Shown: positions 8,489 to 17,274, counted from the stretch's first letter. The stretch is DNA of 64,000 nucleotides from Solirubrobacterales bacterium (GCA_035650255.1 DASRIA010000086.1:1682-65681); one strand, 5' to 3'. Made by a program: numbers and translations. The notes: generated by a model not told the origin, from the letters alone.

Positions 8489-11098
8489 ATGATCGGCAAG
8501 CTTCGCCTCGGTGCACTGCTGTTGCTGGCCACTGCGGCCCTGGCCACGGTGTGGCTCCCGCCGGCCACGTCGTCCTCGCCGTGTGACCTGTATGCGTCCC
8601 CGACCGGGGACGACGGGAACGCCGGCAGCTCGGAACAGCCCGTCCGGACGCTCGCCCACCTGGTCTCGATGTTGTCAGCGGCCCGGCCCACCGGCTGCCT
8701 CAAGGGTTATCCGGAGGGCGGGCCGGCGGGCAAGGCCGGGCTCTACGAGCTGACGGCGCCCTTGTCGATCGCCAAGCCGGGCATCACGCTGCGGAGCGCC
8801 GACGGCCAGGTGGCCCAGATCAAGGGCCCGGTCGCCGTCGAGAGCGATGACGTGACGCTCTCCGGGCTCGTCCTCGACGGCCGCCTCAGCGACGCCAAGC
8901 TGGCGAGCCCCGTGATCGACGGCGACCGGGCAACGCTGATCGACAACGACATCACCTCGCGGGGCGGCCCGAATTGCGTGACCGTGCGGGAGGGTGCCGC
9001 GGGCGTCGAGATCCGGCACAACCGGATCCACAACTGCGCCACCGGGATCAGGCTGGACACGGCCGGCTCCGCGCTCGTCGAGGCGAACCTGGTCTACCGC
9101 AACTCGGCGGCCGGCCTGCAGCTGCGCCCGGACGCGGACAGCACCGGTGTGTGGCGGAACATCTTCGATCGGAATGGGGACAACGTCGTGATCTCGGGCA
9201 ACGCGACGTCACGTTCGGACAGCACCCTCGTGCTCCAGAACATCGTGTCCAACCCCGGGCGGTTCAACCTCACGGACGGCGGCAACCCGATGGGAGACCT
9301 GAACAGGTTCAGGTCCAACTGCGTGCACAAGGACGGCGACCCGGCGAACGGAATGGACGACGTCACCTCGTCGTCTCCGGTGACCGGCAAGGCGGTGTCG
9401 TCCGGCAACACCTTCTCGGCCCCGCAGTACGTGGCGACGCGCGGGCCGAACGCCTACCAGCTCCAGCCCGGCAGCCCGTGCCGGGCGCTTTCGGGTCAGC
9501 AGGTCGACTTCGCCGCGACGGCTCGGGACGACGCGCGCCCCAGCCAGGCCGAGGCCGTCAACCTCAGGCCGAACGTCATCTTCATCGTGACCGACGACCA
9601 GCGCGCGGACACGATGCACATGACGCCCCTCGTGATGCCGAACACGCTGAGGTGGTTCCGCGACGGCGATCCGGCCGCGGGCATCGTGGGCGGGACGGAA
9701 TACGTGAATGCCTTCGCGACGACGCCGTTGTGCTGCCCGGCGCGGGCATCCATCTTCTCGGGCAGGTACGCGCACAACCACGGGGTGATCCAGAACACGC
9801 TCGCGCCACGGCTGCTGTCCACGGGCACCGTGCAGCGGTACCTGAACGACCTCGGCTACCACAACGCGATCTTCGGCAAGTACCTGAACGGGTGGCAGGC
9901 GCAGACCCGCCACGACGACGCACCGGACGCCGGGCCCGCCCCCAACTTCCACCAGTACTCGATTTTCGAGGGCTACCAGGTGAGCTCCGCCGCCGTCAGC
10001 GCCGGTCTGGCCCCTCCTGCTGCCGGCGAGTACACGCCCGACTACGTCTTCGACCACGCTCAGGACTTCCTCCAGGGGCGCGAGGGACCGGCCGACGGCA
10101 GGCCGTGGTTCCTGTATCTGGCGCCGCAGGCACCGCACGAGTCCGCCGGAGAGACGCAGAAGTACGGACCGGACGCGTGGAAGCGGATGCTCGAGCACAA
10201 CCGCCTGGGTGTGAACGAGAGCACCCCGGTGCCGGCTTACACGCAGCCGCTCGAAAGCGCCGCCGACGTAGCGGCCAAGCCCCGGTACGTGCGCGAGTGG
10301 GGCCAGCAGCCACCGCCCATGAACCTGGACAACAAGGTGGTGTTCGAGTCGCCGGGCCAGCCCGGCTTGCAGAAGCAGATGCTGCGGGCGCTGATGCCGG
10401 TGGACGACGGGATCCGCCGCCTCTTCGAGAAGCTCGAGGAGACCGGCGAGGCGGACGACACGCTCGCGGTGTTCATGTCGGACAACGGGTACCAGTGGCG
10501 CGAGCACGCGGTCATCGCCGGTGACTGCGTCGGCCCGACCGGGCCACCGGGGCGGGGCACCCCGTGCGGGATCACCGGCAAGACGAAGCCCTACCTGGAC
10601 TCCGTGAAGGTCCCGTTCTACGTGCGCTGGCCCGGCAATCCGGACATCGGAGCAGGCGCGACGGCGACCAGGCTGGTGACGATCCTCGACCCGGCCGTGA
10701 CGGTCCTGGACATCGTCGACGCACAGCCCACCGGGGGCGCCGACCAGCCCGCGATGGACGGCTGGTCTCTCTTCAGCTTCTGGCAGCGGCCGTACGTGCT
10801 CACCGAGGCGCTTGTCGGCGAGGCCGGCCAGCTTCCGGGCTGGCGGGCCCTGCGGTCCCTCTCGGAGCTCTACGTCCGCTACCTCGACGACCCGTTCACC
10901 CCGGTCGCCGACGCCGGCTTCGAGGAGTACTACGACCTGACCACCGACCCCGGAGAGCACCGGAACCTGCTGGGGACGAACGGGCTGCACGATGCCGGCG
11001 AGCCGTCCCCGGGCGCGCTGCCCGCGCTGCTGGACATCTACGCCACCTGCGCGGGGCAGTTCGGCGCGCCGGCGAGCGGGAAGTACCCGTGTCCCTGA
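8489..11098 (+). CDS. Secreted right-handed beta-helix domain fused to a formylglycine-type sulfatase
   Basis: ATG 8489 is preceded by GGAGGG (8481-8486); the track start TTG 8456 is less likely. Signal peptide MIGKLRLGALLLLATAALATV. N-terminal YASPTGDDGNAGSSEQPVRTLAHL plus NxI/HN repeats (NDITSRGG, IRHNRIHNCATGI, VYRNSAAGL) resemble pectate-lyase/NosD-like beta-helices. The C-terminal half has NVIFIVTDDQRADTM and TPLCCPARASIFSGRY (CxPxR sulfatase signature). Confidence 0.8.
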   Translation: MIGKLRLGALLLLATAALATVWLPPATSSSPCDLYASPTGDDGNAGSSEQPVRTLAHLVSMLSAARPTGCLKGYPEGGPAGKAGLYELTAPLSIAKPGITLRSADGQVAQIKGPVAVESDDVTLSGLVLDGRLSDAKLASPVIDGDRATLIDNDITSRGGPNCVTVREGAAGVEIRHNRIHNCATGIRLDTAGSALVEANLVYRNSAAGLQLRPDADSTGVWRNIFDRNGDNVVISGNATSRSDSTLVLQNIVSNPGRFNLTDGGNPMGDLNRFRSNCVHKDGDPANGMDDVTSSSPVTGKAVSSGNTFSAPQYVATRGPNAYQLQPGSPCRALSGQQVDFAATARDDARPSQAEAVNLRPNVIFIVTDDQRADTMHMTPLVMPNTLRWFRDGDPAAGIVGGTEYVNAFATTPLCCPARASIFSGRYAHNHGVIQNTLAPRLLSTGTVQRYLNDLGYHNAIFGKYLNGWQAQTRHDDAPDAGPAPNFHQYSIFEGYQVSSAAVSAGLAPPAAGEYTPDYVFDHAQDFLQGREGPADGRPWFLYLAPQAPHESAGETQKYGPDAWKRMLEHNRLGVNESTPVPAYTQPLESAADVAAKPRYVREWGQQPPPMNLDNKVVFESPGQPGLQKQMLRALMPVDDGIRRLFEKLEETGEADDTLAVFMSDNGYQWREHAVIAGDCVGPTGPPGRGTPCGITGKTKPYLDSVKVPFYVRWPGNPDIGAGATATRLVTILDPAVTVLDIVDAQPTGGADQPAMDGWSLFSFWQRPYVLTEALVGEAGQLPGWRALRSLSELYVRYLDDPFTPVADAGFEEYYDLTTDPGEHRNLLGTNGLHDAGEPSPGALPALLDIYATCAGQFGAPASGKYPCP

Positions 11099-11104
11099 GA
11101 GCGG

Positions 11105-11830
11105 CTAGCCCGTAGCGGCGCGGCCGGGGTCCCACGCGATGCGGCGGTCGTCGCCGTACAGCGGCAACGGATCGCCGCACATCTCCACGATGCGCGAGAC
11201 GGTGCGGGCCCCGATCTGCTCCTCGAGGTCGGGCACGCTGAGGTTCGTCGTGACGAGGATCGAGCGCTGCTGCTCGTAGCGCTCGTTCACCAGCGAGTAG
11301 AGCTGCTCCAGCACCCAGTCGGTGCGCTTCTCGGTGCCGAGGTCCTCGAGGTGCAGCAGGTCGACCGCCACCAGGCGGTTGAAGAAGTCCATGTAGGAGC
11401 GCTCGCCCGGGTCGCGGTCGTAGGTGTCGCGGATCTCGGCCAGCAGGTGGGGGACCGAGTAGATGGCGACCGAGTGGGCCGCGTCGATGGTCGCCTTCGA
11501 GACCAGCATCGCGAGCGTCGTCTTGCCCGTGCCGACGTCGCCCATGAACCAGAGGCCGCGGCCGGCTGCCAGGTTGGCCTCGATGTCGCGCACGAAGGCG
11601 CGGACCGGGCGCACCACGTCGGGGCTGAGCGACGTGACGGGCGCGCGGTCGAACGACACGCCTCGGTACTTGCGCGGAATTGCGGACGAACCGCCCATTG
11701 ACCGCGCCCGGCGCACCCGCGCGGCGCGGCACTCGCACGCCACGGCGTCACCCGACCCGTCCAGCAGGAAGCCGTCGCCGCCGCACTTGGGGCAGCGCCA
11801 CTCCTCGACCTGGCCGAAACGCTGGCTCAT
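11105..11830 (-). CDS. DnaC/DnaI/IstB-clade AAA+ ATPase with an N-terminal 4-Cys zinc-ribbon-like motif (putative helicase loader)
   Basis: ATG 11830-11828 forms an ATGA overlap with the dnaB stop; the track start is GTG 11836. Motifs: CPKCGGDG...ACEC, Walker A GDVGTGKTTLA, Walker B DLLHLEDLG. Confidence 0.8.
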   Translation of the reverse strand: MSQRFGQVEEWRCPKCGGDGFLLDGSGDAVACECRAARVRRARSMGGSSAIPRKYRGVSFDRAPVTSLSPDVVRPVRAFVRDIEANLAAGRGLWFMGDVGTGKTTLAMLVSKATIDAAHSVAIYSVPHLLAEIRDTYDRDPGERSYMDFFNRLVAVDLLHLEDLGTEKRTDWVLEQLYSLVNERYEQQRSILVTTNLSVPDLEEQIGARTVSRIVEMCGDPLPLYGDDRRIAWDPGRAATG

Positions 11831-13278
11831 TCCCACTCGGACGTCTCAGCCGGCGCGCTCGTCTCGAGCGGGGGTCCCTCGCCGGGCGGCTGGATCACCG
11901 GCCGCTCGGTCCGCGCGATGTTCGCGAACTTGGGGAACCGCGAGAGGAAGGAGAGCTCGACGTGCGTGCCGGCCGGGCCGTTGCGGTGCTTGGCGATGTG
12001 GATCTCGGCGGTGCCCTGCTTCTCGGTCGTCTCCGGGTTGTAGTACTCGTCGCGGTAGATGAACATCACGAGGTCCGCGTCCTGCTCGATCTGGCCTGAT
12101 TCCCTCAGGTCGGAGAGCAGCGGGCGCTTGTCGGGCCGCTGCTCGGGGGACCGGTTCAGCTGCGAGACGGCGATCACCGGCACGTCGAGCTCGCGCGCGA
12201 GGATCTTCAGCCCGCGGCTCATCTGGCCGACCTGCTCGACGCGGCTGTCGGCGGACTGGTTCGCGCGCATCAACTGGAGGTAGTCGACGATCACCAGGCC
12301 GAGGCCGCCGCGGCCCTGATTGATCTCCTTCGCGTGCAGGCGGCGGGCCTTGGCGCGCAGCTCCAGGATGTCGAGGTCGGAGGAGTCGTCAATCCACAGC
12401 GGCGCCTGCTCGAGCGCCTGGCACGCCTTCAGCACCTTCGGCCAGTCGGACTTGGCCACCGCGCCCTTGCGCAACTTGTCACCCGGCATCCGGGCCTGGC
12501 TCGCCACGAAGCGCTGCGCCAGCTCGGTGACGGACATCTCGAGCGAGAACAGGGCGACGGGGCGGTTGCTCTTGAGGGCGACGTTCTCGGCGATGTTCGT
12601 GACGAGGGCGCTCTTCCCCATCGAGGGACGCGCGGCCAGCACGATCAGGTTCGACTTCTGGAAGCCGCCCGTGATGTCGTCCAGGTCGCGGAAGCCGGAC
12701 GGCGCGCCGGTGATCGCGACGCCCTCGCGCGACAGCTGCTCGAGCTTGTCGATCTCCTCGTCCATGATCTCGCCGACCGAGCGGAAGTCCCCGGTCGACT
12801 CGCCGTGCGCGACGTCGAAGAGCATGCGCTCCGAGTCCTCGACGAGCTGGTGCGCCTCGCCCAGGCGGTCCGCGACGCGCGCCTCGATGCTGTGGGCGAC
12901 GTCGAGCAGCCGCCGCAGCGTGGCCTCGTCCTTGACGATCTTCGCGTAGTGGCGCGCGTTGCCGGCAGCCGGCACGACCGCCGCCAGCTGATGCACGTAG
13001 GGCTTGCCGCCCGCCTTCTGGAGGTCGCCGCGCTTCTCGAGCTCGGCCGACACCGTCAGCGGGTCGATCGCCTCGTTCTTGTCGTGCAGCGCCAGCACCG
13101 CCTCGTAGATGACGCGGTGCGAGTCGCGGTAGAAGTCGATCGGCCGCAGGCGCGCCTCCACCAGCACGGTCGAGATCGCGGCCGGGGCCACCAGCATCGC
13201 CCCGAGCACGGACTCCTCCGCCTCGAGGTTCTGCGGCGGGATCGCCCCGTTGCGGACGTTGTGCGGGGCTACCGCCAA
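11827..13278 (-). CDS. dnaB: Replicative DNA helicase
   Basis: PPQNLEAEESVLGAML N-terminal motif, Walker A ARPSMGKSAL, ...IVDYLQLM..., SQLNR. 483 aa. Confidence 0.95.
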   Translation of the reverse strand: MAVAPHNVRNGAIPPQNLEAEESVLGAMLVAPAAISTVLVEARLRPIDFYRDSHRVIYEAVLALHDKNEAIDPLTVSAELEKRGDLQKAGGKPYVHQLAAVVPAAGNARHYAKIVKDEATLRRLLDVAHSIEARVADRLGEAHQLVEDSERMLFDVAHGESTGDFRSVGEIMDEEIDKLEQLSREGVAITGAPSGFRDLDDITGGFQKSNLIVLAARPSMGKSALVTNIAENVALKSNRPVALFSLEMSVTELAQRFVASQARMPGDKLRKGAVAKSDWPKVLKACQALEQAPLWIDDSSDLDILELRAKARRLHAKEINQGRGGLGLVIVDYLQLMRANQSADSRVEQVGQMSRGLKILARELDVPVIAVSQLNRSPEQRPDKRPLLSDLRESGQIEQDADLVMFIYRDEYYNPETTEKQGTAEIHIAKHRNGPAGTHVELSFLSRFPKFANIARTERPVIQPPGEGPPLETSAPAETSEWE

Positions 13279-13321
13279 GGTCGCGAGCTGCGGGTTCGGT
13301 GCAGGGTCCGGGAAGCGGGCG

Positions 13322-13774
13322 TCACTTGGCGTCCACGACCATCGTCTTCACCGATGTCGTGACGCCGGGCGAGACTTCGATCTCGACCATGTGCGTGCCC
13401 AGCTCCCGGATCGGCTCGTCGAGCTTCACCTTGCGGTGGTCGAGGCGGAGGCCCCGGGCCTGCTGCACGGCGTCGACGATCTCCTTCGCCGTCACGGAGC
13501 CGAACAGCTTGCCGTCGTCGCCCGCGCGGTGGGAGATCGTGAGCACCGTCTTGCCCAGCAGCGCCGCGGTCTCCTGCGAGCGCTCCTCCTGCTCGCGCGC
13601 CGCGGTCTCCGCCCGCTCGCGCTCGCGCAGCGCGGCCGCGACGGACGCCGTGGTGGCCGTCTGGGCGAGCCGCCTGGGGGCGAGGTAGTTGCGCAGATAG
13701 CCCGGTGACACGTCGACGACGGAGCCGGCCTCGCCGAGGCCGTCCACGTCTTTCAACAGGATGGCCTGAGCCAT
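13322..13774 (-). CDS. rplI: 50S ribosomal protein L9
   Basis: Internal start of track ORF 13322..13975: MAQAILLKDVDGLGEAGSVVDVSPGYLRNYLAPRRLA... (canonical L9). ATG at 13774. Confidence 0.9.
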   Translation of the reverse strand: MAQAILLKDVDGLGEAGSVVDVSPGYLRNYLAPRRLAQTATTASVAAALRERERAETAAREQEERSQETAALLGKTVLTISHRAGDDGKLFGSVTAKEIVDAVQQARGLRLDHRKVKLDEPIRELGTHMVEIEVSPGVTTSVKTMVVDAK

Positions 13775-13779
13775 GCCGG

Positions 13780-14055
13780 CTACCGCTCGCTGACGTACGG
13801 AAGCAGCGCCAGCTCGCGTGCGCGCTTGACCGCCCGCGCAAGCTGGTTCTGGTGACGCCGGCACGCGCCGGTGATCCGCCGCGACCGGATCTTGCCCTTG
13901 TCGGACAGGTAGCGGCGCAAGGACTGGAAGTCCTTGTAGTCGATCTGGTCCACCTTGTCCCGGCAGAAGGCACAACTCTTCCGGCGTCCGGAAGAGAACG
14001 CCTGCTTGGCCTGGCGTCTGCTGCTGCTACCGCTGCTGCTACTGCGCTTTGCCAC
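13780..14055 (-). CDS. rpsR: 30S ribosomal protein S18
   Basis: ...[58 protein letters not shown] is the canonical S18 sequence. Confidence 0.95.
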   Translation of the reverse strand: MAKRSSSSGSSSRRQAKQAFSSGRRKSCAFCRDKVDQIDYKDFQSLRRYLSDKGKIRSRRITGACRRHQNQLARAVKRARELALLPYVSER

Positions 14056-14103
14056 TCGTGCTCACCTACTCGTTTCGAGCCGGATCCGGCGACGCGGCAC
14101 CCG

Positions 14104-14553
14104 TCAGAACGGAATGTCGTCGTCCGAGCTGCCACCGCTCGCCACGCCGGACGGTTGAAAGTCCGAGGTGTCGGCGGGGAGGTCGGACTCGACCGCACCG
14201 TTGCTCTGGGGCGCGTCCCGGGATCCTAGGAACTGCACCGAGTCGGCAATGATATCCACGGTCTGCCGCTTGTTGCCTTCCTTGTCCTCCCACTCGCGCC
14301 AATTGAGGCGCCCGTCGACCGCCACGGGGCGGCCTTTCGCGAGGTACTGGGCGCAGTTCTCGCCCTGCGCGCCCCACACGGTGACGTCGAAGTAGTTGGG
14401 CTTGTCCACCCAGTTGCCGGAGTCGTCCTTGCGGCGGCTGTTGACCGCGACGCGCAGGCTGCACACGGAGGTGCCGCCGGACGTGGAGCGCAACTCGGGG
14501 TCGCGGGTCAGGTTGCCCGTGATCACTACGCGATTGATGTTCGTTGCTGCCAT
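14104..14553 (-). CDS. ssb: Single-stranded DNA-binding protein
   Basis: NRVVITGNLTRDPELR OB-fold N-terminus, a Gly/Ser linker and the acidic tip DDDIPF. Confidence 0.95.
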   Translation of the reverse strand: MAATNINRVVITGNLTRDPELRSTSGGTSVCSLRVAVNSRRKDDSGNWVDKPNYFDVTVWGAQGENCAQYLAKGRPVAVDGRLNWREWEDKEGNKRQTVDIIADSVQFLGSRDAPQSNGAVESDLPADTSDFQPSGVASGGSSDDDIPF

Positions 14554-14657
14554 CGGGAAATCTCCTCTCTACACAGACGACTTGACAGTGTAAGTCGAGG
14601 CACGGAGATACTCGCCCCCGCCCGAGGCGAAACAATCCGCAAAGTAGAGGTTGGGCG

Positions 14658-15290
14658 CTAGGTGCTCTCTGCGGGCTGCTCGCCCTGCGGCGCCTGCTCG
14701 GCAGTGTCGGCCGCGGGCGCTTCCGCGCCTGCGGCGGGCGCGGCGGCAGGAGGTGCCTCCGGGGCCGGCGCCTCGGGAGCTGCCGCTGTGGCCGGTGCCT
14801 CGGCTGGTGCCTCGGCTGCCGGTGCCGCGGCGGCCGCGTCCTCAGCCGGTGCCTCGGAAGCCGGTGCCGCGGCGGCGGTTCCCTCGTCGTCAGCCTCCGG
14901 GCCACGCCGCTCTCCCCGGTCGTCGCGGCGGCCTTCACGCCGGCCGCTCTCGAAGGAGCTCTGCGGCGGCGCCGGGGGAGTCTGCTCGGGCGCCTCGCCC
15001 GGCAGCCGGATCGTGCGGAACCGCAGCACCGCGTCCTCGATCGACAGGCTGCGGTCGAGGCTGCTGAGAACGTCGGGCGACGCCTCGAACTGGAACAGGT
15101 GGTATTGCGCCTCGGACCGGTGGTCGATCTCGTAGGCCAGCCGGCGCATGCCCCAGTCGGCGTCGCCCTTGAGCGACGCGTCGCCGGACTGGATCTGCCC
15201 GCGGATCTGCTCGATGAGCTGCGCCCGGCGCTCCTCGGGAGCCTCGGGGTCGAGCAGCACCATCAAGTCGTAATTGGGTCGGTCTGCCAT
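14658..15290 (-). CDS. rpsF: 30S ribosomal protein S6 with a roughly 110-aa Ala/Pro/Glu-rich C-terminal extension
   Basis: S6 core YDLMVLLDPEAPEE...WGMRRLAYEI...AQYHLFQFEA... in about the first 100 aa. This is followed by an AAAPASEAPAEDAAAAAPAAEAPAEAPATAAAPEAPAPEAPPAAAPAAGAEAPAA tail. Confidence 0.9.
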   Translation of the reverse strand: MADRPNYDLMVLLDPEAPEERRAQLIEQIRGQIQSGDASLKGDADWGMRRLAYEIDHRSEAQYHLFQFEASPDVLSSLDRSLSIEDAVLRFRTIRLPGEAPEQTPPAPPQSSFESGRREGRRDDRGERRGPEADDEGTAAAAPASEAPAEDAAAAAPAAEAPAEAPATAAAPEAPAPEAPPAAAPAAGAEAPAADTAEQAPQGEQPAEST

Positions 15291-15345
15291 CGAGCGGCGG
15301 CCGACTATAGCAGCGAAAACCTGGCCTCCCCGGGCTTAGCAAGGG

Positions 15346-15726
15346 GTGGAACGGCGTCCACTCGCTCGTCGCATCCGGTGGGACAACGTGGCGCGCATCG
15401 CGTTCGTCGCCGGGCTCGCCGCGCTGGTGGCGTGGGGACCGGGGGGTGCCGGGGAGCGCGCGCAGCTGCCGCCGGACGTGGGGGTCTCGGGGGTGCCGCG
15501 GCCGCCCCGGCCGCGCGTCACGCGGGAGCCCCGGCCGCCCATTACGCGGGAGCCCCGGCCGCGCGTCTCACCCCAGCCCCGGCCGCGTCGGCGGGTACGG
15601 AGGAAAGGGCGGCGTCCGGAAGGTCGGTCCAAGCACCGCGCATCGCCTCCCGCGCGCGCGCCGGTCCCGCCGCCCTCATCGCCTGCGCCGCCACCGCCCG
15701 TCCCGGGCGGCGAGTTCGGCCCGTGA
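15346..15726 (+). CDS. Hypothetical membrane-anchored Pro/Arg-rich repeat protein
   Basis: GTG start. N-terminal positive patch plus a TM-like IAFVAGLAALVAW, then PRPRVTRE-type repeats. The antisense ORF 15336..15776 shares its wobble position, so strand choice rests only on the TM anchor. Confidence 0.35.
   Translation: MERRPLARRIRWDNVARIAFVAGLAALVAWGPGGAGERAQLPPDVGVSGVPRPPRPRVTREPRPPITREPRPRVSPQPRPRRRVRRKGRRPEGRSKHRASPPARAPVPPPSSPAPPPPVPGGEFGP
15505..15600 (+). repeat. Tandem 24-nt repeat, about 3.5 copies (ccccggccgc-N14)
   Basis: Units at 15505, 15529, 15553 and 15577 all begin ccccggccgc. Units 1 and 2 also share acgcgggag at their 3' ends. In the + frame they encode PRPRVTRE / PRPPITRE / PRPRVSPQ. 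Confidence 0.8.
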
Positions 15727-15792
15727 CCCGGTCCACCGTGGTGCATAGGGGTCGCATACCGACCCCAATCGACCACAGCGCTTCGATACCCC

Positions 15793-17274
15793 CTACGTCG
15801 CCGCGACCGCCGTGCGCTTCGCCTCGATGTCCGCGAGCTGGTCGTCGATCCAGTTCAGCGGGGTGCGTGACTCGATGATGTGGCGCAGGAGCCGCATGCG
15901 GCGCTCCCGTTCCTCCGGCGTCGCGGTCAGCGCCCGGTACATCGCGTCCGCCTGCTCCTGGACGTCGAACGGGTTCACCGACAGCGCGCAGGCGCCGAGC
16001 TCCTCGTGGGCGCCCGTGTTCTCGGACAGGATCATCATGCCGTCGCGGGTGTTGACGAGCGGCCCCTCCTTCGAGACCAGGTTCATCCCGTCCCACATCG
16101 CGTTCACGAGCAGCACGTCGAAGTGCTTGTAGAGCGCGACCGCCTCCTCGAAGTCGTCGCGCAGGCGGAGGTCGATCGGCATCCAGTCGGTCGTGCCGTG
16201 GCGATGGTTGATGACCGCCACCAGCGCCTCGATCTTCTCCAGGTACTCCACGTATTCCGGGACGTCCTGGCGCGAGGGCTGCAGGTGCGCGATGAACGTC
16301 ACCTCCTCGCGGAACTCCGGGTGCTGCTCGAGGAAGATGTCGAACGCCGTGAACCCGCGCAGGACGTTCTTGGAGAGGTCCGCGCGGTCGACGCGCAGGA
16401 TCAGGTGCCGCCGCCGGCGCCGCAGGATCTCCGTCTCGTGGCGGGCGACGCCCTCGCTCGAGGCCGCCTCCTCGAACGACTCGCGGTCGATCGCGAGTGG
16501 ATAGGGCCGCACCCAGGTCTCGTGGCCGTCCGGGGAGATCACGGCCCCGCGCTTGAAGTCGGTCTTGAGGTCCATCAGCTCGCGGCAGCACTGCAGGAAG
16601 TTGTTGCAGTAGGAGCGCGTGTGGAAGCCGATGATGTCGTTGGCGAGCAGCCCCTCGAAGATCTCCTGCCGCACGTCGGCCGGCAGCACGCGCCATGCGT
16701 CGGGCGCGGTCCAGGGGATGTGCACGAAGTGATGGAGGAAGACGTCCGGACGCGCGCGGCGGATCAGGCCGGGGCACGTGTAGAGGTGGTAGTCGTGGAC
16801 CATCACGAGCGGTGCGTCGATGCCCTCGATCGCCTCCAGCGCGGCGTTCGCGAGGTCCGCGTTGACCTGCTTGTAGCCGTTGTTCCAGGCGTCGCGCTCC
16901 AACAGGCGGAAGTCGGGCACGTTCGACAGGTCCCAGAGGTAGTGCTGGATGAACCACAGCATCGGGTTCGCGATCACGTTGTAGAACGCGTCGTAGGCGT
17001 CCGGGTCCGAGGAGACCAGCCGGATCCGGTACGTCATGCCGTCCATCTCCACCTCGAAGCCCGTGTGGTCGTGGCCTTCGCCGGCCTCGGCGTCCTCCTC
17101 GGTCATCGCCGACGCGATCCACAGCGCGTCGCGATGGCGCAGCAACCCGGTCAGCGCGGTCACGAGCCCCCCGCCTCCCCGGCGCGGGACCAGGCGGCCG
17201 CTGTCGTCGCGCTCGAAGGTGGCCGGGCCGCGGTTGGAGAGCAGGACGAGCCGCTGCTCCGCCTCCGCCATCAC
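15793..17274 (-). CDS. otsA: Alpha,alpha-trehalose-phosphate synthase (GT20)
   Basis: LVLLSNRGP...GGGLVTAL...WFIQHYLWD...VMVHDYHLY...FLHHFVHIPW are GT20 OtsA hallmarks. 493 aa. Confidence 0.9.
   Translation of the reverse strand: MMAEAEQRLVLLSNRGPATFERDDSGRLVPRRGGGGLVTALTGLLRHRDALWIASAMTEEDAEAGEGHDHTGFEVEMDGMTYRIRLVSSDPDAYDAFYNVIANPMLWFIQHYLWDLSNVPDFRLLERDAWNNGYKQVNADLANAALEAIEGIDAPLVMVHDYHLYTCPGLIRRARPDVFLHHFVHIPWTAPDAWRVLPADVRQEIFEGLLANDIIGFHTRSYCNNFLQCCRELMDLKTDFKRGAVISPDGHETWVRPYPLAIDRESFEEAASSEGVARHETEILRRRRRHLILRVDRADLSKNVLRGFTAFDIFLEQHPEFREEVTFIAHLQPSRQDVPEYVEYLEKIEALVAVINHRHGTTDWMPIDLRLRDDFEEAVALYKHFDVLLVNAMWDGMNLVSKEGPLVNTRDGMMILSENTGAHEELGACALSVNPFDVQEQADAMYRALTATPEERERRMRLLRHIIESRTPLNWIDDQLADIEAKRTAVAAT

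Noticed and set aside
11105-11836. Possibility that the IstB/DnaC-like gene marks an IS21-family insertion sequence
   Set aside because: There is no IstA transposase ORF and I saw no terminal inverted repeats. The start overlaps the dnaB stop and codon usage matches the neighbours, so I treat it as a chromosomal loader-like gene.
15505-15600. Tandem 24-nt repeats considered as a mini CRISPR array
   Set aside because: The units are directly adjacent with no spacers, the repeats are imperfect and there are no cas genes. They behave as an in-frame coding or low-complexity repeat.
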